NCBI GenBank assembly: GCA_951406725.2
Contig: OX597814.1
Span: 137,268,001-137,332,000 of the forward strand
DNA: 64,000 nucleotides
Reading direction: 5' to 3'
DNA from: Octopus vulgaris
Taxonomy: Eukaryota
The notes beneath the pieces are model-generated. The model was not told where the DNA came from. It searched no databases and saw nothing but the letters and a program-made list of their open reading frames with translations. This document shows, one piece after another, positions 27,001 through 34,617 of this stretch (its first letter is position 1; each line of letters starts with the position of its first letter). The position numbers and the translations under genes were made by a program.

Positions 27001-27330
27001 ATATAAATAATAAATGATATATATATATATTGTTATATTTTAGAATGGTCATTTTGCCAGTTTAGCCAATAAAATTTATGCAGTTTGACCCTGCATAAAT
27101 CCTAAATTTTATTTAGAAATTTATGGGAGCAAGTGTCTTTGAAGACTCTTATTGTCATTAAATGCTCGAAATGAGGAGTAGACAGTCGACAACTGAAGGA
27201 TCCTTTCTGTATTAACTTCTCCTGTTTTCCACTTTTTCCCCTGTTTACGTATTTCACTCATTTTTCCATCATTTGTTTACATGTTTCATATTATTTGCAC
27301 TGTTGATGATGTCCTGTACCCATATATTGC

Positions 27331-27364
<34 letters not shown>

Positions 27365-28408
27365 ATGTATATATATTATTTCTTATTTAATTGAATATGA
27401 CGCTTCCATTTCCAAGTATATATATATATATATTAATTGTTATCGCCATATTAATATGGCATTCTTATAGATATAAGAATAATCGCTGTCGCTGGTCAGC
27501 TCCATGAGGCCACCGCCTTAAGATAGCTATTGATACACGATCTGTATCCATTATAATCTTCGAACAAGGGAGGTCAGCCGCTTCACACAGCCAGTCCGAC
27601 AGCTACAGACGCGTTTCGGGGTATTGCCCCTTGTCAATGTAGCGCAGTCAGACCGCAGGTGTCGCCACTGACGTCTCTGTTCGAAGGTTTATATTTACCT
27701 AGTTTCAGTGGAATACATCCACTTGTTTTCACTAATAGACATATTAAAATTACTAAGTCTCTATAAAAGAGATTACGGCAGCGTTTACTGGAAATTAATT
27801 GTTATCGCCATATTAATATGGCATTCTTATAGATATAAGAATAATCGCTGTCGCTGGTCAGCTCCATGAGGCCACCGCCTTAAGATAGCTATTGATACAC
27901 GAAGGTTATAATGGATACAGATCGTGTATCAATAGCTATCTTAAGGCGGTGGCCTCATGGAGCTGACCAGCGACAGTGATTATTCTTATATCTATAAGAA
28001 TGCCATATTAATATGGCGATAACAATTAATTTCCAGTAAACGCTGCCGTAATCTCTTTTATAGAGACTTAGTAATTTTAATATTTCTATTATTGAAAACA
28101 AGTGGATGTATTCCACTGAAACTAGATAAATATAAACCTTCGAACAGAGACGTCAGGGGCAATACCCCGAAACGCGTCTGTAGCTGTTGGACTGGCAGTG
28201 TGAAGCGGCTGACCTCCCTTGTTCGAAGGTTATAATGGATACAGATCGTGTATCAATAGCTATCTTAAGGCGGTGGCCTCATGGAGCTGACCAGTGACAG
28301 CGATTATTCTTATATCTATAAGAATGCCATATTAATATGGCGATAACAATTAATTTCCAGTAAACGCTGCCGTAATCTCTTTTATAGAGACTTAGTAATT
28401 TTAATATT

Positions 28409-28466
<58 letters not shown>

Positions 28467-31400
28467 TATTATTTAATTGAATGCAATGCATCTATTTCTA
28501 AGTAAGTTTATCTTCACATTTTTGATGCCACTCTTTACTCTATACTGTTTTCTTCCTCCATCGTTCTCTAATTCCCTTTTTCTCCCCCTCCCCCCTTCAC
28601 CATTTTCTATTTGTCTCTCTCTCTCTCTTGTTGCTCACACGTGACCGTTATCCATCTTCTTTCTTTTCCTGCATAGATGTTTAAATAAGCGGACATGTTT
28701 TTGTTTCTTCTATCTTTTCTCTTTTCAAAAAAAAATGTTTCTCCCAGCATTCACTATTTTCCTCTCCTTCTGGTCTAACGACCCTCCATGTTTGTTTTCA
28801 TTCAGTTTCCTTCTATGTCTCCACTCATTTTTTTTGTTCCCAACTTTGACCCTCCATAAATCCTAAATTTTATTAAAAAATTTATGGGAGCAAGTGTCTT
28901 TGAAGACTCTTATTGTCATTAAATGCTGGAAATGAGGAGTAGACAGTCGACAACTGAAGGGTCCTTTCTCTGTGTTAACTTGTCCTGTTTTCCACTTTTT
29001 CCCCTGTTTACGTATTTCACTCATTTTTCCATCATTTGTTTACATTTTCATATTATTTGCACTGTTGATGATGTCCTGTACCCATATATTGCATATATAT
29101 ATATTGCATATATATATATTATTTATTATTTAATTGAATATGACGCATCCATTTCCAAGTATATATATATATATATAAAGACTACAACATGGGAAATACA
29201 TTTTATGAACACAGATGTTGATAATAATATGAATATAATGAATTCATAATATAATAATATATATGCATTATCATTCAATTCCTAAGTGCAATTCATCTTA
29301 GTCCCAAAAATAATAATCTATTTGAGAATGAAACAATTGTAACTACAAAATTAAAAAATAGTGCCATAAATTCTAGTCTTTGCTTTAATATATCCATACT
29401 TTGCAGCTAATATACTTGACCAAGAATTTCAACTTGTTTGTATAGTTTTCTCCTTAAAAATAAAACATTTGCATGCATATAGTTTGTGTGTTTAAGTATA
29501 TGCTTATATATATATATATATACTAGCAGTATCGCCCGGTGTTGCTCAGGTTTGTAAGGGAAATAACTATAAAGCATTTTTAGAGAGTTATAGCCAAAAA
29601 ATAGCAAAAAAATGGGAAAAAATGATGGTAAATTTTTTTGGGGGAGTTAAAAAAGGATGGAGTTGCGTCCCCTAGACAGTTTTTGGTTCGTGTTTCTGAT
29701 TTTCGACCCTATGTCGAATTTATCGATTTTTTTCAGAACTGGGGGAACTTTTCAAAATTTTGGCTGCGTTAGTTTTGAATTATGACATTGGGCTATGTGT
29801 GTGTCAAGTTTCATCAGAATCGGTTGAAAGCCGTGGTCAGGGTGAGGGTACAAGCAAACAGACACACAGAAACACGCACAGACAAACTGCCGTTTATATA
29901 TAGAGAGATATATATGAACACACAGAAGCATGTATATGATGCAAACTGTAAAAACACAACAGATGATTGTGTCTATAATTTGAAGTCCAGCCTTGTCACA
30001 TAGTATCACTGATTCCAGCTGACAATTACATTTAGATTAAACATATCTGGAATACTCAGCCACTTACATACTATTTCAACAAACACCATTCAGTTGATTG
30101 AACAACTGAATACTCTTCATGGAGAAAACTAACAGATATACATGTTTAATAGATCTCCATCAGTTTCAATGTCCACCACACTACAAAATTTGAATTTTAT
30201 CAGTGATCTTGTAAATTTGACAAATGCAGTTTGAAATTGGTCATTCTTAGTTATTTCCTCATAGAAATATAACATTTGTGGTACCAAAACTGCATTTTAT
30301 TTTAGTTAACCTTATGTAGTACACACTTTACTAAGACTAACAGTGTAAGATCTCTTTAGTTTTCCTTATCAAGTATATCTCGTTTTGCTTTACAATAACA
30401 ATACTTGCTTTGTTTGATTGAGTAATTAGCACATGACCATTTTGTTTTATTGGTCATAAGCTTTTAAAGGTTTGAGGAATCTGCAGTTTTCTCTGCCTTT
30501 AGCTAAACCTCTATAGTTGGCTTGTGTTGATTCCATTTGATATAGCAAATACTACTTATTAACATTCATACTCCTCTTGCATATGACACTGAAGTGACAT
30601 TATCTTACTTCTTCCACTGCCATTGGGAGCAAATGTAACATCATCATTACAGACATACATCTTCCAACATAAAAGCATTGTACAGTTTGTATTTTTGTAT
30701 GTATGTCTACACTCACACACACACATAAAAATATTGTTTCTGTTCTTTTATAAACCATTATAATTCTCACACTTGCTTTTATTATCAATCAATTTTTTCA
30801 CTTTTTCTATTTTTTCTTCAGATCCAATGATTATTTTGATAACTTATTTGCTACCCTGTCTTCATATTCTCGGAAACAAAGAAGATTAACGATCTGTCAG
30901 TCAGATGTAGAGCTCTATTTTCAAAAGTAACTCATTTTCCTTTCTCTTTTTACTTTTTGTTTTACATTCATTTCTTCATTAAGCAGAGGGATGTTTTGCA
31001 AATAGTATTTTTGGTATTTGCAGTACTTAACATCAAATAGAACAGGCATTTTAATAACAAGCTAACATGGTTATTGTGTTTGATTTTAAGTATTGCACAC
31101 AGCATTATTGTGTGTGCAGTACTTAACTAGAGACTTTTGCAGGGTAGACTTCAGGATCCAACATTCACAACTATATAACAAAACAGATTCTACTGTTGCT
31201 AAGCTTGATATGTTAAGGAAAGTCGAAGGTTTCATACATTGACCATGCCATACAAAGCCTTCCATGCAGTTGCCTTCTTCACTTTGAGTTTTTGTTTTGA
31301 CATGTTGACTCATGACCCAAGTATTTGAAATCTTTGAATTTTGTCAGAGCAGTGCCTCCTGTGGTTATTAGAAGTGAATGGTCCAGGAGGATATTGTAGC

Positions 31401-34400
31401 AATGACGTTCATTTTCATGACATTTAACCAAAGGCCAGCTTGAAAGCTCCTGTACCTGCTCTATGTAATCCATGTCTGTTTGGACTAGAGAAGGGAGTCA
31501 TCTAGACCTGTTAGGTATGATTGTGAAGCTAAGCTTCTGCTGCCATCCATTGATGGCCTATCTAAGTGTGTAGACTAGAAAATAATGAAGATGATGATGG
31601 AGGAAAATGGCCTTTATTGTATTTAGGATCACTATATAAATGACAGTAGTTAGGTTTATTTGCCTGACTATGCAGTACTGTAACACTATCTATAATATAT
31701 CAGCTGTGGTGCTTTTATTTTGCTTCACCTTTAAAATAAATACATGAAGTTATTTTTTTCATCTCAGGTCAGTTCCTATGAAGCAGGTCTTTATTCCAAA
31801 ACATTCCAACCATTGCCAGTCCATTTTTAATTCAAACACATATCTAGGACTACATCATCTAATACTTAATTTTCTAAGATGTTTAATTTATAGAGATTTA
31901 CATGGTATTTCTAGTTGATCAGAATCTGTATAGAAGCTCCCTCATTAGTTCAAAATATACAAGATGCATTAAAAAAATATCCGACTTTAGTTTTCCTACC
32001 AAAACTAATGCCACATGGACAAAATACTTTGGGTGGAAGATGAACACCCTTCCTACACATGCATGAAAATTTTTGCACCAGTAAGCTGTGTAAGCTCCCG
32101 GCTGTTACACATGAAGTGTAGATGTGTAGTGCATGCTATTCAGATTTTCATTTACCTGCAAGATAACTGGATGCATCAAACAGAAGTATTGCATAAAATT
32201 TTGCCAAAAGCTTGGTGAGACTCAAGCTCAAACCATCCAGAAGAACATTATATTTCCGTTTCCTAATGACATTAACTTTCCTTTACATATTTTCATTCAT
32301 ACTGATGCAAACAGACTACTATCATTATAAAATTCTTTTGGTTTTTCTCATTAATTCATTCTTTAGCAAGATATTGTTGGTACACGTAACTAGAAGTGAT
32401 GCTAGTGTGTTTGCAGCATCATTATTCTGATTTAGAATCTTTAATAATTGGGTTCAGGCCTGTGAAATTATATTCATTACTCTGGACTCTACTACAAATA
32501 TGTTGGTGTTACTAAGTTGTCTCAGTCACCTCTGCGTTACAAAATCAGTATTATAGAGGTAGCTAATCAAGTATTTGAATACAACTAATAAATCTTGCAC
32601 CTTAGACTTACATGCTTCAATCTGAGGAATAGCCTCTCTCAGACTAGCTAGAGTTTTACAGGTTGTTATTTATAGAGAAAACAAAGGTAAGAAGTTCAAT
32701 TTCTCAGTGCTTTTTTTTTTCTCCTAAGAAAGAAAGGCTGGATAAAAGGTTTAGTATTGGGTTTCAATAATTAGAAACAATAGATCTGATAAGAGGTGGC
32801 TATATCATATAGGTTTGGCTATGTGATTCACCATTGTATAGTGATTGACTATATGAGGCAGCCAAGGCAAATTGCATCTGTTTTGTATCTTACAACAAAG
32901 ATGAGATGAACACAGCTTGGTTTTCAATTGACCAATGAAATTCAGCTCAGTAACCATTATATTGTAACCTTGGGTGAAATACTTAACTCTATTTGTCTCA
33001 TCATACACTTTTTGTTTCTTTGAAATATCAGGAAGATACTGGGTTGATTCAGTTGGCTGAATCTCCTCCCTACAAAAATGGCCTTGTATTTTGGTAGCAC
33101 AGATTGTTTCACCCTTTAGCATCCAGATTATTATATCAAATATTCTGCTTATTTATTTACATTGTCTCAAATTAATCATGCATTATCCTGTAGCTTTGAG
33201 ATTTTGATGTAGTAGTTACTGTTAGAATGATATATTAGTGTAGGTTTAAGGGTCCAGATCTGGTTGAACCGAGAATAAAACAGGTAGAGTATTTGGCACC
33301 GACACAGCTGGTTTAAATGCTAAAGGGTTAATAACAATAATGTTGTGGGAATGATGATAATCTATGGTATCTAATGTTGTGCCTCAATAAAATTGTTACT
33401 TATCATAAACTGATTTAATTCAAGCACCTATATTCTCTCCTTTTCCTTTTTCTCCAACATTGATTTTGTGTCAAGCTTAAGGAAATTGTTATTATTTATT
33501 CATTAAAATAGATATGATTACTTGGCAAATGAAACTATTCTGTCTGATTCCCTCACAAGTGACAATGTCTCGTGTCAGTTAACTTTCTTCTTCCATGACT
33601 TCCAATTCCAAAAAATCAAACTTTATGATGCCTTTATAAAAATTTATATAATGCTGCAGCCTTATGTTTCATTATTTCATCCATTGAGTTATAAACAATT
33701 ATGTATAGGGATAAGTTTGCAGTGAGCTTTGTTCAAAACTAGAAAAGGCATTTAATTTTCAGTTCCTTATAATTTCAAATTCATGTTATGCTGATTATGA
33801 ATAGTCAAGCCGTAGAAACAGATATATGATGTGTAACCCTTTGCCTGTCTTGTGTGTCATATGTGATACACAGGACATATTTCCCAAGCACCCATGCATC
33901 ATATGTGATGCACATTCTTACACTCCTCACTGTATTAAAAATTATTTATGATGTGCTCTGTGGATCACATATGATACACATGTTTTCATTCCATCATCAC
34001 ATCTTACCCACAAACTAAACCAAATTAACCTTCAATAACTAAATGTCTGAAAACAAGCATGGATGTTCAAGACTAACTTATGAAAATGCTTTGAACAGGC
34101 AAAGGATTAATATTCCATCTGTATGAAAAAAAAAATTATATTTCTTTCCATTACTTCCTTATGTATGTTTTACTGTAATTTTTTTACTCACTCTTGTCTT
34201 ATAATAATAATAAAATTATTGTGTCTATTGCTCAGGTGCACTACAATTCATCAAAGGTGCATGCACAGTACATAGAATTATGTACAAAGTACATCACAAT
34301 CTGTACAGACATAAGCATTGAAATAGCTTAGAGTTTTTAATTAGTGTTTCATTACCTTGACATACATTTGCACATATGTACACATAAATATATACGATTC

Positions 34401-34617
34401 AGCTCTTTTTAACATTTCATTTAATTATTATTTCAGTGTCGGATTCACCAATGAACACACATCACTCAACTCCTTAATTCGAGAACACTTGTCACTGGTG
34501 GATCAACAAAAGCTAATACCTGTTGCTCGAGCTGCTACCACCTTCGATAGTAGAAACAAGAACTCTAAACGCAAAAGTAAAACAAGAGATTCAAGCAACA
34601 TTTTTACTTCTAAATGA
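1..34617 (+). CDS. CENPT: Centromere protein T (CENP-T), 5'-partial, 12 exons in window, at least 1601 aa
   Basis: Phase-consistent GT-AG chain: <1-52, 1014-1101, 1493-1604, 5970-6064, 7701-7796, 11108-11215, 15010-18801, 20016-20044, 23018-23052, 26629-26742, 30822-30926, 34437-34617. N-terminal TPKTLIQRFLDE resembles the CENP-T TPRTLL motif. C-terminal SLLSHYSKM...DYFDNLFATLSSYSRKQRRLTICQSDVELYFQNVGFTNEHTSLNSLIREHLSLVDQQKLIPVA follows the CENP-T histone fold and extension (recalled human: KYFQHLCDDLEVFAAHAGRKTVKPEDLELLMRRQGLVTDQVSLHVLVERHLPLEYRQLLIPCA). Confidence 0.85.
1014..1101 (+). CDS. CENPT: CENP-T exon, SQKGYSRRSSGILATVNTPKTLIQRFLDE
   Basis: ttccag acceptor, gtaagt donor, phase 0-1; TPxTL motif. 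Confidence 0.8.
1493..1604 (+). CDS. CENPT: CENP-T exon, APTETPLIPSN...SSHNY
   Basis: tttcttgtag acceptor, gtaata donor, phase 1-2, open frame. Confidence 0.7.
1780..2460 (+). pseudogene. Penelope-like element reverse transcriptase remnant
   Basis: Broken frames give DLITNIRF, FQPKLKSNIRNFRSSKKKFVISFKT, NLYEVTNDLYDKFLNDTISTKYK, AFIILKDHKPNFCNKLICRLLNPAKTEIRLIAKKIL; I recall KDHKxNF..CRLINP as typical of one PLE RT group. Confidence 0.7.
2002..2150 (+). mobile_element. 5'-truncated RTE LINE 3' end with (GAT)n tail, nested in the PLE remnant
   Basis: Encodes RGRTLSHPDVISRDTG..DLRNAMMDREVW; GAT tail; candidate TSD AAGACCAGA on both sides. Confidence 0.65.
2640..3115 (-). mobile_element. CR1-like LINE 3' fragment
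   Basis: ORF 2671-2991 ..LKLRRLATDL..NTRGHAYKVRKQHS..; (ATT)n tail; same family at 49345-49680. Confidence 0.8.
3352..4227 (+). mobile_element. Internally deleted Tc1/mariner (DD37D, maT-type) transposon
   Basis: TA-CAGGGTGC...GCACCCTG-TA termini; transposase fragments IMVFGVIISDG and WQQDSAACH...SPNCDPLDYYVW with 37 residues between the last two Asp. Confidence 0.85.
4229..4428 (-). mobile_element. RTE-family 3' UTR fragment with (GAT)n tail
   Basis: Same tail sequence that follows the RTE ORF at 24830-26035. Confidence 0.7.
5970..6064 (+). CDS. CENPT: CENP-T exon, RDLSVTTSDFEEEP...ITSEEIASKKLK
   Basis: Long pyrimidine tract plus ccag; weak gtttat donor; phase 2-1. Confidence 0.7.
7701..7796 (+). 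CDS. CENPT: CENP-T exon, DVGFQKNYSKGLKRPRRQITAKDIADGVKQSQ
   Basis: tatcag acceptor, gtaagt donor, symmetric phase 1-1, 96 nt. Confidence 0.75.
7866..8306 (-). mobile_element. Degenerate tRNA-derived SINE with RTE-like tail
   Basis: Reverse complement of the GGCTGTGTGGTTAAGTAGCTTGCTTCCCAACCA head; internal CA repeat; CAT-repeat tail. Confidence 0.65.
9308..9720 (+). mobile_element. tRNA-derived SINE
   Basis: Head TGTGTGGTAAGAAGTTTACTTCTCAACCACATGG, core CCTTGGGCAAGTGTCTTCTACTATAGCC, TG microsatellite, GAT tail. Confidence 0.7.
9742..10404 (+). mobile_element. RTE LINE 3' end with repeat-containing 3' UTR
   Basis: End of ORF (..DRDLWKYAVLEKTRQ-like), ~62-bp subrepeats, GAT tail. Confidence 0.75.
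10426..10718 (+). mobile_element. Small hammerhead-bearing Penelope-type non-autonomous insertion(s) in (TA)n
   Basis: Bounded and split by TA runs; repeated tail CATCCACCC..TAGCCATATTCAAAT at 10471 and 10668; related fragment at about 48755-48843. Confidence 0.6.
10600..10660 (+). ncRNA. Type I minimal hammerhead ribozyme, canonical core
   Basis: CACACG-CTGATGA-AAGGT(AAAC)ACCTT-GAAAC-TCGG-GTA^CGTGTG: stem I 6 bp, stem II 5 bp, short stem III; stem I extends (CATGAT/ATCGTG) beyond a TGT/T internal loop. Confidence 0.88.
11108..11215 (+). CDS. CENPT: CENP-T exon, DAEEDDEISLHKPKIVIKIRKKITAEDLAMGIKQSQ
   Basis: tttttactag acceptor, gtaatt donor, phase 1-1, 108 nt; similar to exon 7701-7796. Confidence 0.75.
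12470..12880 (+). mobile_element. RTE 3' UTR fragment
   Basis: Close similarity to 9960-10320. Confidence 0.7.
13100..13430 (+). mobile_element. RTE-type tail with 27-bp tandem repeat
   Basis: About 5 copies of GTGACACGTGAGAGGCACCCGTGCCG-like unit then the common tail and GAT repeats. Confidence 0.65.
15010..18801 (+). CDS. CENPT: CENP-T giant acidic low-complexity exon (1264 codons)
   Basis: Inside ORF 14994-18887; actttag acceptor, gttgga donor, phase 1-1; E/D/S/K-rich with internal repeats. Confidence 0.85.
17710..18030 (+). repeat. Coding 27-bp minisatellite (QEESEAGET)n
   Basis: About 12 units of CCCAGGAAGAAAGTGAGGCTGGTGAGA, several identical. Confidence 0.9.
19225..19435. mobile_element. 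piggyBac-type MITE family (also about 440-664, 33110-33331, 55809-56029)
   Basis: TTAA-CC(C)T..AAAGGG-TTAA termini; shared internal sequence among the copies. Confidence 0.65.
20016..20044 (+). CDS. CENPT: CENP-T 29-nt exon, AESSKILEST
   Basis: tcttttcag acceptor, gtaagt donor, phase 1-0 bridges the neighbouring exons. Confidence 0.7.
21784..22018. mobile_element. piggyBac-type MITE, second family
   Basis: AACCCTTTC..TACC / GGTA..GAAGGGTTAA termini; fragments of the same sequence near 24600-24694 and 50590-50815. Confidence 0.55.
22096..22608 (+). mobile_element. Non-autonomous Helitron-like element
   Basis: A|TCTATATATATAAA 5' end, GC-rich subterminal segment and CTAG|T 3' end, no TSD. 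Confidence 0.75.
23018..23052 (+). CDS. CENPT: CENP-T 35-nt exon, RPKKKLKEANP
   Basis: T-tract plus aatag acceptor, gtaagt donor, phase 0-2; basic, NLS-like. Confidence 0.7.
23144..23536 (-). mobile_element. RTE 3' UTR fragment
   Basis: (CAT)n followed by the reverse complement of the common tail. Confidence 0.7.
24830..26035 (+). mobile_element. 5'-truncated RTE LINE with expanded 3' UTR minisatellite
   Basis: ORF 24903-25280 ..RLYDACVQTAMLHGSETW..RQLRWYDHVLR..RPRKTW; 62-bp repeats at 25480-25870; GAT tail. Confidence 0.85.
26629..26742 (+). CDS. CENPT: CENP-T exon, start of histone fold (ARRKHKEYVVSPQVTASLLSHYSKMHFPTSCNDVLGS)
   Basis: ttatag acceptor, gtaagt donor, phase 2-2. Confidence 0.8.
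27435..28410. mobile_element. Retrozyme- or Penelope pLTR-like element: 362-bp unit in partial tandem plus inverted partial tandem, flanked by (TA)n
   Basis: AATTGTTATCGCC recurs at 27435 and 27797 (period 362). From about 27900 the reverse complement follows with period 324 (38-nt deletion). Contains a hammerhead; no long ORF. Confidence 0.75.
27594..27653 (-). ncRNA. Type I minimal hammerhead ribozyme, U3-A8 core variant
   Basis: Minus strand GTCTGAC-TGC-GCTACA-TTGACAA-GGGG(CAATA)CCCC-GAAAC-GC-GTC^TGTAGC-T-GTCGGAC; palindromic stem III ACGCGT. Confidence 0.82.
29523..29908 (-). mobile_element. Non-autonomous Helitron-like element
   Basis: Shares the last ~70 bp with 22096-22608; 5' TC, 3' CTAG, different interior. 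Confidence 0.75.
30822..30926 (+). CDS. CENPT: CENP-T exon, histone fold helices 2-3
   Basis: ttcttcag acceptor, gtaact donor; SNDYFDNLFATLSSYSRKQRRLTICQSDVELYFQ has the H4-like RxT-x3-D pattern. Confidence 0.85.
31090..31580 (-). mobile_element. Degenerate RTE LINE fragment
   Basis: DFKYLG and ATVESVLLYSCECW motifs in broken frames. Confidence 0.65.
34437..34617 (+). CDS. CENPT: CENP-T last coding exon
   Basis: tttcag acceptor; VGFTNEHTSLNSLIREHLSLVDQQKLIPVA...TSK, TGA stop. Confidence 0.85.

Larger units (their letters stand above)
27084..29175. repeat. ~330-bp direct repeat pair (27084-27420, 28845-29165) enclosing the hammerhead element
   Basis: Near-identical TTTGACCCT.CATAAATCCTAAATTTT...TCCATTTCCAAGTA blocks with internal TA runs. 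Confidence 0.8.
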
